Part shown: positions 7,738-18,337 of the stretch, in pieces | How positions within the stretch are numbered: position 1 is the stretch's first letter | How the letters are laid out: each line of letters opens with the position of its first letter | Assembly (NCBI GenBank): GCA_050250895.1 | Contig: JBFWNU010000002.1 | Location: 256,001 to 320,000 of the forward strand | Source of the DNA: Vulcanimicrobiota bacterium | GTDB taxonomy: Bacteria; Vulcanimicrobiota; Xenobia; Xenobiales; JADMJV01 | DNA: 64,000 bases | Reading direction: 5' to 3' | Position numbers and translations under genes: made by a program | The notes under the pieces: generated by a model | Told to the model about the DNA's origin: nothing | Seen by the model: only the letters and a program-made list of their open reading frames with translations | Database searches by the model: none

Positions 7738-10492
7738 TCTCCACCTCCCACAGTTTGAGATAGGCCCGCTCGCGGTGGTGCTGCCAGAGGCGGCGGGCCA
7801 GGGCGACGGCCATCAGAGCCAGCAGGGCCAGGCCGTAGTTGAGGTATTCCCAGATGAGTTGATGCTCGCGGGTTATCGGAGGTAGCGTGCGGTTGAAGTG
7901 ACCGCGGCCGCGGATGCTCAGCAAGCCCTGGTCTTCGAGCGACCAGTCGACGGCGTTGGCCATCATGTTGGTCGTGTTGCGGTATTCGCCGGAGCCGGTG
8001 GCCATCAGCCCCAACACCTCGTCGCGCAAGAAGTCGTTCGAGGCGATCAGGATCAGGCGGGCCGAGTCGGGCGAGTGAGCCAGCAGGTTGGCTCGCTCGA
8101 CGGGAGCCTTCTTGGTGGCGAAGTAAGAGTCGAAACGACCGCTCACCACCACTCCCAACAGCCGTTTGGCCTGGCTGCCGGTGGGGGTGAAGCCGCTGTT
8201 GCCGGCCGCGTCCAGGCTCGGCATCACCTCGGTCGAGGCGTTCAGCCAGCTGTCGGACGAGCTGTGCAAGAGTTCGGTCACCTGGCGGGATTTCTGCTCT
8301 TGGACCGTGATGGGCGAGGCCCAGGCCAGGGTGGCCTGAGGAACCTCGGCCAGGATGGGGTGCTCCTGCTCTTCACGCACATCCACGAAGTAGGGGTAGG
8401 GGAGCATCCGCACTTCGCGCAGCGGCACTCCGCCCACATAGCGGGTGACCGGGATGGGTAGGGCCGCACAGTGGGGGTCGAGCACCATCTGCTGGTCGAG
8501 CTTGAGGCCATAACTGCCCAGCCAATCTTCGAGGCCGCTCTGGCGCTCTTGCATGGCCAGTTGGCCGCGCGAGAAGTTGATGTCGAAAGGCGAGCTGGCC
8601 ACAATCACCGTGCCACCCTGCATCAAGAACTGGTCGACGGCAAAGACCTGTTTGTCATCGAGCTGGTCGGGAGCCACCACCATCAACAGGTCGGTCCCCG
8701 AAGGCACCCGGCCGTCCTTGAGGTCGGTCTTGACCACCTGGAGGTCTTCCTCCAGGCGGCGTTTGAGCTGGTCGAAGCCCGAGGGGGGAGCCACCAGGGC
8801 CACCGTCTTGGTGAAGCCCCGGGCGAACCGCTTGAGGCCGTCTTCGATGGTTTTCTTGAAGGCCGCCTCGGTGATCTCGCCCAGCGAGAGCTGGACTACC
8901 TTGTCGCCCTGGCTCAAGGTCAGATAGAAATAGAAATGGTCGCCGCCGAGCAGGCTGGTGGTCATCGGTCGAAAGCCATAGTCGGCCGCAATCTGTTTGG
9001 CCACCTGGCCGCCGTCGGCCTCAGGTTCGATGACTTCGAACTGGAGTTTATCGCCACCGTCCTTTTTGAAGCCCTCCACTACTTTCTCGAGGTTGGTGCG
9101 GGCCTCGGTCAAGCTCTCGGGCAGGCGGCTCGAGACATAGGCGGTGAGCTTGACGGGCTCGTCGAGGGCAGTGAACAGGCTGCCCTTGGCCTGGTAGGCC
9201 TGCATGGTCTTCTTGATGGCTCGGGTCAGGTCATACTCGGGGTTGCGCAGGGCCACTTCCAGGTTGGTCTCGCCACCCGACTTGAGCTCGATGAGATCGC
9301 GAAAGCCCAGCACTTGCTGCTGGTCGCCATACTTGACCAGCACGTTGAAATAGGCGCTGACCACCGAAGCCTGGTGGCGGTCGGCGATCTGCATGGGCAC
9401 GGGGTGAATGCCGAACTCCTGATTGGCCTCCTGTTCGACCTCGGGGTCGTCGGCCGGGTCCACGAATTCGACTCGCACCTTATCGCCCCCGGCCTGGGCA
9501 TACTCGCGCATCAGGTCCTGCAGCTGCGGCACCAGCGGCGCTAGCAGCGGGTGGGTCTTGGCGCTAAAATAGCCTCGCAGCAAGAGCGGTTGCTCGAGCT
9601 GACCGAGGTACTCCCGGGTGGCCGGCGACAAAGAATAGAGCTTGCCTTCGGTGGTGTCGACCCGCAACATCCCCAGCTGGCCCAGCCAGAGATTGGCGGC
9701 CAGGGCGTTGGCCACCAGCAGTCCGGCCAGCATCCACCCTTGCTGATGGCGGCCTGACGTAGCCTGGCTAGACCAGCGCTCGCGCTCGAGCACGAAGGTG
9801 TTGAGGGCCAGAAAGACCACCACCATGCAAACATAGAAGTAGAGGTCGCGCAGGTCGATGATACCCCGTGTGATCGACTCGAAGCGCGAGCCGGTTCCGA
9901 ACAGGCGCATCCAGTCGGCGGCCTGATGCGAGACCAGCTGGGTGACGGTGGGGCTGCCCACCAGATAGAAGAGGCCTCCCAGGGCCAGCGAGCTCAGCAG
10001 GCTGACGATCTGGTTGTCGCAGCGGGCCGAGACGAACAGCCCCAGACTAATGTAGGCCGCACCCAGGCAGAAGGCGGCCACATAGCCAGCCAGCACCGGA
10101 CCCCAATCCAGGTGACCCAGCCAGGCCACCGTGAAGGTCAGCGGAAGGGTCAAGGCCAGGGCCAGGGCCAACAACAGGCAGCAAGCCAGAAATTTTCCCA
10201 GCACGAAGTTGAGCAAGGGCACGGGTGAGGTCATCACGTGCTCGAGGGTGCCCGTGCGGCGCTCTTCGCTCCACAACCGCATGGTCAGAGTGCTGGTCAA
10301 GAAGATCAAGAGCAGCGGCATCCACTCGAAAAGAGGGCGAAGGTCGGCGATGTTGCGCGCGAAAAACGCCTCGACCCAGAAAAAGACGAACAGGGTCACT
10401 CCGAGAAAGGCCGCTAGAAACAGATAGGCAATGGGGGAGGAGAAGAAGAGGGTGACTTCTTTGGCGATCACCCGGCGCAGTTCAGGCCGCAC
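7730..10492 (-). CDS. GldF-GldG-like fused ABC-2 permease and auxiliary protein
   Basis: FSSPIAY, TMRLWSEERRTGTLE permease motifs, then RVDTTEGKLYSLS GldG-like domain and a C-terminal TM. Confidence 0.88.
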   Translation of the reverse strand: MRPELRRVIAKEVTLFFSSPIAYLFLAAFLGVTLFVFFWVEAFFARNIADLRPLFEWMPLLLIFLTSTLTMRLWSEERRTGTLEHVMTSPVPLLNFVLGKFLACCLLLALALALTLPLTFTVAWLGHLDWGPVLAGYVAAFCLGAAYISLGLFVSARCDNQIVSLLSSLALGGLFYLVGSPTVTQLVSHQAADWMRLFGTGSRFESITRGIIDLRDLYFYVCMVVVFLALNTFVLERERWSSQATSGRHQQGWMLAGLLVANALAANLWLGQLGMLRVDTTEGKLYSLSPATREYLGQLEQPLLLRGYFSAKTHPLLAPLVPQLQDLMREYAQAGGDKVRVEFVDPADDPEVEQEANQEFGIHPVPMQIADRHQASVVSAYFNVLVKYGDQQQVLGFRDLIELKSGGETNLEVALRNPEYDLTRAIKKTMQAYQAKGSLFTALDEPVKLTAYVSSRLPESLTEARTNLEKVVEGFKKDGGDKLQFEVIEPEADGGQVAKQIAADYGFRPMTTSLLGGDHFYFYLTLSQGDKVVQLSLGEITEAAFKKTIEDGLKRFARGFTKTVALVAPPSGFDQLKRRLEEDLQVVKTDLKDGRVPSGTDLLMVVAPDQLDDKQVFAVDQFLMQGGTVIVASSPFDINFSRGQLAMQERQSGLEDWLGSYGLKLDQQMVLDPHCAALPIPVTRYVGGVPLREVRMLPYPYFVDVREEQEHPILAEVPQATLAWASPITVQEQKSRQVTELLHSSSDSWLNASTEVMPSLDAAGNSGFTPTGSQAKRLLGVVVSGRFDSYFATKKAPVERANLLAHSPDSARLILIASNDFLRDEVLGLMATGSGEYRNTTNMMANAVDWSLEDQGLLSIRGRGHFNRTLPPITREHQLIWEYLNYGLALLALMAVALARRLWQHHRERAYLKLWEVENA

Positions 10493-11405
10493 GTTCCACC
10501 CCCTGATTCACCTGTCGGAACAGGGTCTCCAGATCGCGCTGCTCGACCTGCAGCTGATAAAGTTCGGCTTTGGCCCCGGCCACCACTCGGGCCAGGGCCG
10601 CTCCCACCCGGCGCGGGTCGGCATCGTCGGCCAGTTTGACTCGATAGCGCTCGGGCTCGACCCGCTCCCACTCGCACACGCCGTCCACTTCGGCCAGGGC
10701 ATCGGCCTCGAGCACCAGGCTGGTGTCTAGCAAGAGTTGCTTGCTCTGGCGCAGGTCGGCAAGCTTGGCGTCCACCACCAGGTCGCCCCGGCGCAGGATG
10801 AGCACCCGGTCGCACACTGCCTCGACCTCTTGCATGATGTGAGTGGACAGGATGACGGTGGCGTCCAGCGAGATCTTGCGAATGAGCTGGCGCATCTGGT
10901 CGGTCTGGGCCGGGTCCAGGCCGTTGGTCGGCTCGTCGAGAATCAACAGGCGGGGTTGTCCCAGAATGGCCTGAGCGACTCCCACCCGCTGGCGATAGCC
11001 CCGCGAGAGAGTAGAAATCGGGGCCAGGAGTTTGTCTTTTAAGTCGGTTTCGCGCACCACTCGGCGCAACTCGTTGGCCTTGGCCTCGCCCTCCAGGCCC
11101 TTGAGTTCGGCTGCGTAGTCGAGATAGTCGACCACCGAAAGCTCCGGGTAAAGTGGCAGGCTCTCGGGCAGATAGCCCAGCCCTCGCTGGATGGTGGCCG
11201 GATCGGCCGAAAGGTCGACCCCGTCGACCACGATGCTCCCGATATCTGGCTCTAGATAGCCGCTGAGCATCTTCATGATGGTGGTCTTGCCGGCGCCGTT
11301 GTGGCCCAGCAGCCCCACCACCTCTCCTCGGGCGATAGTAAAACTCGCCTGATTGACCGCTTTGAAGTCGCCGTAGCTGCGACTGAGACTGGTGACGACC
11401 AGCAT
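10482..11405 (-). CDS. ABC ATP-binding protein (GldA-like)
   Basis: GHNGAGKTT, LSRGYRQRVG, ILDEPTNGLDP. Confidence 0.93.
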   Translation of the reverse strand: MLVVTSLSRSYGDFKAVNQASFTIARGEVVGLLGHNGAGKTTIMKMLSGYLEPDIGSIVVDGVDLSADPATIQRGLGYLPESLPLYPELSVVDYLDYAAELKGLEGEAKANELRRVVRETDLKDKLLAPISTLSRGYRQRVGVAQAILGQPRLLILDEPTNGLDPAQTDQMRQLIRKISLDATVILSTHIMQEVEAVCDRVLILRRGDLVVDAKLADLRQSKQLLLDTSLVLEADALAEVDGVCEWERVEPERYRVKLADDADPRRVGAALARVVAGAKAELYQLQVEQRDLETLFRQVNQGVERAA

Positions 11406-11606
11406 ACACTCCTCCCTCGGGTTGCCGGTGGGAGGTCCGCATCGCCGACTCCCTGGATCCGGCTAAATGCATGGCTTAAGACAAACTAAGCTTGGCTCAG
11501 GTTTCGTTAGAGAGAAATTTGCTTTTCGTTAGCTCCGTGTTAGCCCCACGCGATCCGCCCAAGACCGCCGAGATGAAAGAGCCGGGACGATGGCGAATAC
11601 TCCCGG

Positions 11607-12332
11607 GTGGAGTTGTTGTGCGAGTTGCGCCGGGCCATGGACCGGGGCGAGATGGGGGCCCTTGAGGTCTTGGCCGACCTGGCCAGGACCTCGCCCGAGG
11701 CAGCCGAGTGTCTGGTCGAGGCCATCCCGGCTGGGGGACAGCCAGTGCTCGACGCGCTGGGCGAACTGCGTCGCGAATACCCGCGTCATCAGGGCGTGAC
11801 CCTGCGTTTGCTGGCGGCGCTTCAGGCCACCCGTCAGCCAGAGACGAGACTGGCTTTGCTCGAGGCCCTCGAGCGACTGGGTGACGAGACGGCTGTGCCG
11901 GCTCTGCTGGATCTGTTAGACGGCCCCGAAGCCATACCGGCGGCCCTGGCCCTGGGACGCATCGGCACCTCGCGTGCTGGCGAAGGATTGGCGGTGGTGC
12001 TCGAGGCTGAACTCAACAAGCCTCAAAGCCCGCAAATCGAGCCGCTGGTCGAGGCGGTGGCCCGGCTCGAGTCGGTCGACGGCGCCGTGAGCCTGGCTCG
12101 GGCCACTCTGGCGGGGCACGAGCAGGCGTATGACCACCTCTGGCGCCAGCGCAAGTTGCTGGTCGAAGCCCTGGCCCGGCCCGAGCACCGGCGCCTCGTG
12201 CTCGAGACCTACATCGAATATCCTAAGCTCACCGATCCCCGGGCCGTGACCCGATTGCTCGACAGTCCCGACGGCGAGATCAGTCGTCTGGCGGCGCGGG
12301 CGATGGCTTCGGCCGACTGGGCCTGGCATTGA
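11607..12332 (+). CDS. HEAT/PBS-lyase repeat protein
   Basis: Repeated helical motifs (ALERLGDETAVPALLDLL, AALALGRIG). Start uncertain. Confidence 0.65.
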   Translation: MELLCELRRAMDRGEMGALEVLADLARTSPEAAECLVEAIPAGGQPVLDALGELRREYPRHQGVTLRLLAALQATRQPETRLALLEALERLGDETAVPALLDLLDGPEAIPAALALGRIGTSRAGEGLAVVLEAELNKPQSPQIEPLVEAVARLESVDGAVSLARATLAGHEQAYDHLWRQRKLLVEALARPEHRRLVLETYIEYPKLTDPRAVTRLLDSPDGEISRLAARAMASADWAWH

Positions 12333-13572
12333 CCCACACCACGAAGATAAGCCAGAGCGCAGCGAAGTAGATGGGTAGGCCCCACAAAGACCGTGCAAAC
12401 AGGTCTTCTCCGCCGCCCAGGGCCCGCAACATGCCGGTATAGACCAGGTTGATGCCGCCAAAGGCCAGGTTAGAACCAAGGCCTTTAAAGCTGAGCAGGG
12501 TGGCGCGTCGCTGCGAGTCGACCGCCTGGTTGAGATAGTAGCTGGCGAAGAAGTTGGCCGCCTGGATCGAGATTGCCAACACTCCCATGAAGAGGGCGCC
12601 CCATAACGGGATGGTCAGCGCCAGGCCCACCAGGCCGGTCAGGGTAAAGGTGCTCAAGATCATAAAGACGGTGGTGCGGCTGGCCCGTTCGGCCAGCCAG
12701 CGCGAGGGTTTGCCGGCGGCCGCACTGACTCCGGCCAGAGCGGCGCCCAGCACCCCGAGCCACGCCTCGTCGTAGCCGATGCTGCGGTAGTATTCGGCCG
12801 AAAGGGTCATCGGCAGCCGCACCACGTGGTCGAGCAGGATTACCGCGGCGATCACGGTCAGCACCGAGCGCTTCGAGAACAGCCAGCGGGCCACGCTGCC
12901 GACCTGGGCAAAGGCTTCGCGATAGGGGTGCTCGGGGCACTCCGGGCGATTCTTTTCCCGGGGCAGCGAGAGGGCGGCCGCCAGGGCCAGCAGGCTGCTG
13001 CCCAGGGTCAGCCAGACCGGCAACCGCAGGGTCTGAGCTTTGCTCAACTGCCAACCGAAGAGCTGGTTGAGAAAGTCGGGGTCATAGGCCGCCGCGCCCA
13101 CCAACATGGCCGTGAAGAAGGCTCCGCTCTGCACCACGGTGAGGCGCTCGAGCACCCGGGGCCATTGGTCCTCGAGCCCGTCGGCGGCCAGGGCATCGTA
13201 GGTGAGTGCCTCATCGGCCCCGCTGGCCATGGCCTCGGCCGCGCCCGAGAGGATGCGGTTGAGGGCAAACAGCGCCAGAACCACGGCCGGAGCGTCGTCG
13301 GGAGCCAGCAGAATCACGCCCATCTCTACCACCATCATGGTCGCGGCCAGGATCACCAGACTACGTCTGCCGATGATATCGGCCAGGGCTCCCGAGGGGA
13401 CCTCAAGTAGCACGATGGCGGCCGACCACAGCAGGTTGAGCAGAGCGAACTGTTCGAGGGTCAGGCCAAAATCGAGAAAGAGTAAGGCAAAAATCGGATA
13501 GTAGAAGCGGGTGTTGAAGCCCACCCGGAAGCCGAGAAAACCCCGCACTGCCGGGTGTGCCAAAGCCTCCAC
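12280..13572 (-). CDS. MFS transporter
   Basis: EVPSGALADIIGRR motif A, SGADEALTYD, about 12 hydrophobic segments. Confidence 0.9.
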   Translation of the reverse strand: MEALAHPAVRGFLGFRVGFNTRFYYPIFALLFLDFGLTLEQFALLNLLWSAAIVLLEVPSGALADIIGRRSLVILAATMMVVEMGVILLAPDDAPAVVLALFALNRILSGAAEAMASGADEALTYDALAADGLEDQWPRVLERLTVVQSGAFFTAMLVGAAAYDPDFLNQLFGWQLSKAQTLRLPVWLTLGSSLLALAAALSLPREKNRPECPEHPYREAFAQVGSVARWLFSKRSVLTVIAAVILLDHVVRLPMTLSAEYYRSIGYDEAWLGVLGAALAGVSAAAGKPSRWLAERASRTTVFMILSTFTLTGLVGLALTIPLWGALFMGVLAISIQAANFFASYYLNQAVDSQRRATLLSFKGLGSNLAFGGINLVYTGMLRALGGGEDLFARSLWGLPIYFAALWLIFVVWVNARPSRPKPSPAPPDD

Positions 13573-14039
13573 TAGCTAGGCTGCAAGGCGTAGTTGAGGC
13601 CGCCGCCGGCACCCATGACCAGGGCCGAGAAGGCTGCCCCTTCCAGGCCGCCGCCAGCGGCTGCCAACCCCAGCCGCAGAGCCACCCGCCCCAGAGCTTC
13701 GCCGCGCACGGGGTTGCTCTCGTCGAGCGAGGCTCCCACCCGGCCAGCCAGGTTGCTGGCATAGCGGGCCAGGTCGTGACCGGCGATGGCGCCGGCCACG
13801 CCCACCACTCCGGTCATACCCATCACCACCGCGGGGTGATTGGAAAGAGCCACACCCAGGGCGGCCCCCAGGCCAAGACCGAGGGCTCCGCCGGTGAGGG
13901 CGAAGTCGATCCGGCCCATCCAGTCGCCGGTCGCGCCGGCGCCCCGATAGAAGGCGTCGACCTTGGGGTTGCTCGGCTGGGGAGCCGAGGGCGGTGAGTT
14001 CGTGAGACGTGAGACAGGCTGGTAAGCTTGAATGCGCAT
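13572..14039 (-). CDS. Gly-rich membrane protein with disordered N-terminal leader
   Basis: GGAGG RBS; glycine-zipper-like hydrophobic helices; similar layout to 34902..35330. Confidence 0.72.
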   Translation of the reverse strand: MRIQAYQPVSRLTNSPPSAPQPSNPKVDAFYRGAGATGDWMGRIDFALTGGALGLGLGAALGVALSNHPAVVMGMTGVVGVAGAIAGHDLARYASNLAGRVGASLDESNPVRGEALGRVALRLGLAAAGGGLEGAAFSALVMGAGGGLNYALQPS

Positions 14040-14163
14040 AATAGCCTCCGGCCACTTTCTACACCATAACTGGTCTGCGAGGAATAGAGATTTCGTTAAT
14101 TGTGTGTTTACACCGTTGCAACGAAAAAGTCGGATCTAGCTCTGCCTGCCAACTTCCCTCCGT

Positions 14164-14328
14164 CCTGGGCCCGGTATTCTTTAAGCACATACCGGGCCCG
14201 ACTTAAGCCGACCCTCCTGCACATCGGCGTCGGGCCCTGTCGATAGAAGGAAATTGGCGTGGACTTCTATCGGCTCTCATAGATGACCATACGGACCTCA
14301 GGGCTCGCGAGCAATCGCGAGCCTTTTT
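14164..14328 (+). ncRNA. Candidate structured RNA ending in an intrinsic terminator
   Basis: Intergenic cluster of complementary segments: 14167-77/14189-99, 14194-202/14229-37, 14239-49/14264-74, followed by a hairpin and T-run. Confidence 0.45.
14302..14328 (+). terminator. Rho-independent terminator
   Basis: GGCTCGCGA-gcaa-TCGCGAGCC-TTTTT. Confidence 0.8.
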
Positions 14329-14407
14329 CTTGGTTTCAGAAACTTTAAGACGTCTTTAAGAGCGCTGAGTTAGTCTAGGCCGGTAACCCGACAGTAGGAG
14401 AGATTTT

Positions 14408-14878
14408 ATGAGCACCATTCAGCACGTTCCGACCTGGGCCCGTCCCGACGTCGACAATTTCAAAGCCACCGGCCGCCTTCAGGGCCAGGACGTCAAGCAC
14501 GTCCCCATTCCCCCCGAGCAGGTTGATGCCGTCGAACTCAAACTGACCCAGCAGATCGGACAGCTGATTCAGGCCGACGAGACTCCCTTCGACCAGGCCA
14601 AAGGCGAGCCCGGCAAAGTCAAAGTCGAGCAGATGGGCCTGAGCGCCACTGCTCACTTCGAAGGCGACACCAAAGTCGGCAGCGTAGCCATGGAAGCCTC
14701 CGGCCCGATCAACACTGCCGCCTATGGTGAATTCAGTGCCGCCTCGGCCAACCTGGTGCAGATCGTCCAGCTCGACGAGGGCAACTTCGCCACCGTTGGC
14801 GCCCACATCGACCGCCAGAACCCGGCCGAGAGCTACGTCGAACTCAAGAACGTTCCCGACGGCATGGTCGGCTTCTAG
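14408..14878 (+). CDS. Hypothetical protein
   Basis: AGGAGAG RBS; strongly biased codon usage; 156 aa. Confidence 0.8.
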   Translation: MSTIQHVPTWARPDVDNFKATGRLQGQDVKHVPIPPEQVDAVELKLTQQIGQLIQADETPFDQAKGEPGKVKVEQMGLSATAHFEGDTKVGSVAMEASGPINTAAYGEFSAASANLVQIVQLDEGNFATVGAHIDRQNPAESYVELKNVPDGMVGF

Positions 14879-14893
14879 CTCCATCCAAATAGT

Positions 14894-15298
14894 TCACAGC
14901 AAGCGATCAGGCCGGGCATCTAGCTCGGCCTGGTTTTTCGTTATGGTGTCGAGCAGCGACCAGGCCCACGAGTTCTTGGGTGGAGCCCCGTCGATGTAGC
15001 CGCCCCCGAGCAGCCGACCCGTTCCCTTGGGACGGCTCCAGGCTACCCGTAGTTCGACCACGCCGCAGGGCAGCTCGGGGGTCAACTCGGGCAGCAAGAC
15101 GCTGCAGGTTCTAGGGGCGTGATTGAGTTCCGCCACCATTAGCTTGAGACCGCTCCAGCTAAGATCCAGCAACTGGGCGCGCAGCCGTTGGCCGTCGGCC
15201 CAAAGTTCGAGTTCGAGAGACTGGTCGTGCCGGGGTTCGCGGCGTCGTTCTACCGGCTTGCGACCTAGCCAGCGTCCCCAGATTCCTGTTTGGCTCAC
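14894..15298 (-). CDS. PilZ-domain protein
   Basis: RRREPR and DLSWSG match the RxxxR and DxSxxG c-di-GMP motifs. Confidence 0.8.
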   Translation of the reverse strand: MSQTGIWGRWLGRKPVERRREPRHDQSLELELWADGQRLRAQLLDLSWSGLKLMVAELNHAPRTCSVLLPELTPELPCGVVELRVAWSRPKGTGRLLGGGYIDGAPPKNSWAWSLLDTITKNQAELDARPDRLL

Positions 15299-15338
15299 CT
15301 CACCAGTCTATCACAGCACTGTCAAGATTCGGACAAGA

Positions 15339-15773
15339 TTACTTATGTTGATAATCAGGACGATGGGCCTCGAGTTGCTCGGCCAGTCGAGGGGCGGTGC
15401 TGCGAGCTTTCTTGAGCACCAGGCCGTAGGTTTGGTCGACGGTGGGTAGCATCGGAAAATCGAAAGATTTCAGGATATAGTCGAGCACGGCCAGTCCCAG
15501 CGCCCATAGCGGTCCGAAGCGTAGACCCAGATAAACCATCAAGGCAAAGGCGACCACGATGGTTGACCATCCGAGAGGGTTGACCCATCCGGGGGTCAAC
15601 GACCCGCGAGCCTGTCCGCGCGAGGCCGAACTCACGCCGCTGCCGGCTTTCTCGACCAGATACTCTATCAGGTTGTGGACCACCGATCTGACGCGGGTGG
15701 CCGCCATGCCCAGATAGCAGACAATCCCTACCAGACCGGCCAGGGCCGCCGGGGGGACGCTCCAGATGTTCAT
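15339..15773 (-). CDS. Hypothetical membrane protein
   Basis: Three hydrophobic segments; fills the intergenic gap. Confidence 0.65.
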   Translation of the reverse strand: MNIWSVPPAALAGLVGIVCYLGMAATRVRSVVHNLIEYLVEKAGSGVSSASRGQARGSLTPGWVNPLGWSTIVVAFALMVYLGLRFGPLWALGLAVLDYILKSFDFPMLPTVDQTYGLVLKKARSTAPRLAEQLEAHRPDYQHK

Positions 15774-15849
15774 CTAGTGGTATTGGAGCAGGCTGTGATC
15801 AGGTCCTGTTCTGACGGGGGATGAAAGGGCCGATCTTGAAGGCCTGAGC

Positions 15850-17181
15850 ATGAACGAGAATCTGCGCAAGTTTATCGAGCAGCAAAAGCTTCGCGGAGCG
15901 CTCGACTCGAGCGGGCATTTTTCGGTCAACCCTTTCAAGGCCCGGGCCAAGATGGCCCAATTCCAGACGGGCGATCCAGCTTTCTACCTGCTGCGCCTGG
16001 TCCAGGCCGGCGTCCTGGCCGGGGCTAGACGGCTAGAATTTCAGTTGATGTGGACCGGGATCGAGTGTGTCATGGTCGAGCCCGATTTCGAACAGCTGCC
16101 CAGCCGCGAAGTGTTGGCCGGCTTTGGCACGCCCCTGGCCAAAGGCTCGCGCACGGCCATCAGCTTTCTGGTTCACGGACTTAACGTCTTGTTGGGCAAT
16201 CCGCCCGAATCCATCGAACTCAGCTGGAATCAAGCCGACGGCAGCAGTCACAAAATCAGCGTCAGCGAAGCCGGAATCCTGCAGACCGAAAGTCGCCACG
16301 GCCGTGACTATCACTGGTTCGGGTTGACGGTGCGGCGCCAGTCCTCGCGCGAGCAGGTGGCTGCCGAGACCCAGGCGCTCTATAGCCGAGCCGGCTGCGC
16401 GCCCATCGTAGTGTTGTGCGATGGAACTCCGGTCAATTCCGGCACCAACGCTCACAGCTCGCTTTATAGCGGCAACTACCCATGCGACTGGAACGGCTAT
16501 TTGCCTTCCCACTATGTGTTGGCCGAGCGTTACCTCAGCGGCAACGACAGTTCGGGCATCTGTCTGCGGGCCCCGTCCCTGCGTCTGGCCCAGTTCTGGG
16601 AGGCCCAGGGCAAGATCAAGGAAGGCTCGTCCAAGCGGGACATCTTCCTTCACCAGTCAGCGCCCGACTTACCCGACGACCGCCTGACGGTGGCCGATGG
16701 AGTGATCACCATTCCTATCAGCCTGGTGCAAGGCTCGACCATCACCTACGTGCAGGCCGGGGTCACCATCGAGACCGAGAAGTTGGCCGCCCCGGGGGTT
16801 CACGCCATCTACTGCGTCGACGGCTACGAGACCGACCTGAGCGGTTGCCAGTTGGTGCGCGACGAGCATTACGAGCAGCTCAAGAAGTTTCTGGTGGGCG
16901 AGATGCACAGCCTGGCCCACGACGTGCGCTCGCGACTGCGCTACATCAAGGCTCGCTTTGATTGGACCACCGAGCGCAGACAGACGGCGGTAGTCATGAC
17001 CGGTGTCCTGGCTTGCTTTGTCTTCTCGGGTTGGTCGCTGTGGACCATTCCGGTGCTGGGCAAGCTCTGGGCCGGTGCCCTGGCCACCGTCGGCAGCGGC
17101 GGCACGGGTCTGGCCATGCAGACCAAAGCCGACCTCGACGAAGAGTTTCGCGCGCACCTGCGGGAAAGGCTACCCTACTAG
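15850..17181 (+). CDS. Hypothetical protein, possible degenerate GHKL-like N-terminus and C-terminal TMs
   Basis: DSSGHFSVN...KMAQFQ...YLLRLVQAG..AGA N-terminus; two TM helices near the C-terminus. Confidence 0.7.
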   Translation: MNENLRKFIEQQKLRGALDSSGHFSVNPFKARAKMAQFQTGDPAFYLLRLVQAGVLAGARRLEFQLMWTGIECVMVEPDFEQLPSREVLAGFGTPLAKGSRTAISFLVHGLNVLLGNPPESIELSWNQADGSSHKISVSEAGILQTESRHGRDYHWFGLTVRRQSSREQVAAETQALYSRAGCAPIVVLCDGTPVNSGTNAHSSLYSGNYPCDWNGYLPSHYVLAERYLSGNDSSGICLRAPSLRLAQFWEAQGKIKEGSSKRDIFLHQSAPDLPDDRLTVADGVITIPISLVQGSTITYVQAGVTIETEKLAAPGVHAIYCVDGYETDLSGCQLVRDEHYEQLKKFLVGEMHSLAHDVRSRLRYIKARFDWTTERRQTAVVMTGVLACFVFSGWSLWTIPVLGKLWAGALATVGSGGTGLAMQTKADLDEEFRAHLRERLPY

Positions 17182-17414
17182 GCGTTCGATAGAGAGGACC
17201 AGCTCGCTATACTCGACCGGGTCGAGGTCGAACGTTACCCCGTCGGCAAGTCGCAACCTGAGGCCACCGCTTCGGCGGCCAGAGTATCGACCCGGGGTTG
17301 GGGCAGGTCCTTGAGAAGTTGGCCGTCGCTCGTGGTCGAATCCGACCATGAACCGGCGCGGTTGCGCCCACATGCTCGCGCAATTAGAGGAGCCATCCGG
17401 GTCTGGGGGAAGCC

Positions 17415-18335
17415 ATGGTGATGGAGGCCAGGATCGAGCGAGCACTTGCCGAGGCCCGAGGACAAAGTGATCTCTTCGGGGTTTGCCGAGATTTTCTGCA
17501 AGAGATCCTGTCCAGTTTCCGCACCCTGGCGGTATTTAGCTACAGCGGCGAGTGGGTGCTGGTCAAACTAAGAGGGGCCGAGCCGCAGGATCTGACCCTG
17601 ATCGACTGGGTAGGTCGAAAGCGCCACAGCCACCTGGTGCTGGATACAGGTCGCGACCCGATTTTCGGCCAGCCTCCCGGCTACGCCTCGGCTCTGGCGG
17701 TGCCCATCATCGGCCGTTCCGGACAGCTGTTGGGCTTGCTCTACGCTGACCACCGCCAGGCGGCAGCCTTCAATCAAGCTCAGCTCAAGGCTGCCGAGGG
17801 TCTGGCCGAGAAGGCGGCTGACCAGCTTGAACGGCTGGCACCTGAGGTCACGCAGGCCTCCACCGAGGGCGAACCTGGCCAACCCTGGCCCGTAATATTG
17901 CTAGCGGTGGCCGCAGGTTTGGTGATGATGGCCTTTCTGCTCAGTCTGCCGCGCCTGCCCAGCCAGCCTGCCTCGGCGGGGCCGGTAGTGGGCATCTCCA
18001 GTTCGCACCGGGTGGCCCAGGCTTATCTCGAGCACCTGCGAGCCCAGCGCTGGTCCGAGGCTTATGCTTTGCTGGCGCGCTCGGTTCAGGCCGAGCTCTC
18101 GGCCGCCGAATATCGTGAGCGCCTGACCCACTGGACTGCCCAGCCCCGCAATCGGAGCCAGCTCAGCGCCAGGCAAACCACGCCCGGAGCCGAAGACGAG
18201 CACTACGCCACCGTCACCCTGGCGCCGCCTCCGCCTGGCGAGGGCCAGACCTGGCAGTGGCACCTCACCTGGCAAGAGGACAGTTGGCGAATCTATTCTT
18301 GTCAGGGTGGGCCGAGCCTGAATCCGAACCAATAG
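17415..18335 (+). CDS. GAF-TM-extracytoplasmic domain protein
   Basis: SALAVPII...LLGLLYADH..AF GAF motif, one TM, C-terminal AQAYL...W.EAYALL domain. Confidence 0.7.
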   Translation: MVMEARIERALAEARGQSDLFGVCRDFLQEILSSFRTLAVFSYSGEWVLVKLRGAEPQDLTLIDWVGRKRHSHLVLDTGRDPIFGQPPGYASALAVPIIGRSGQLLGLLYADHRQAAAFNQAQLKAAEGLAEKAADQLERLAPEVTQASTEGEPGQPWPVILLAVAAGLVMMAFLLSLPRLPSQPASAGPVVGISSSHRVAQAYLEHLRAQRWSEAYALLARSVQAELSAAEYRERLTHWTAQPRNRSQLSARQTTPGAEDEHYATVTLAPPPPGEGQTWQWHLTWQEDSWRIYSCQGGPSLNPNQ

Positions 18336-18337
18336 TC

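Noticed and set aside
17170-17445. Small minus-strand ORF between two plus-strand genes
   Set aside because: Overlaps both neighbours, with no RBS or recognisable domain.
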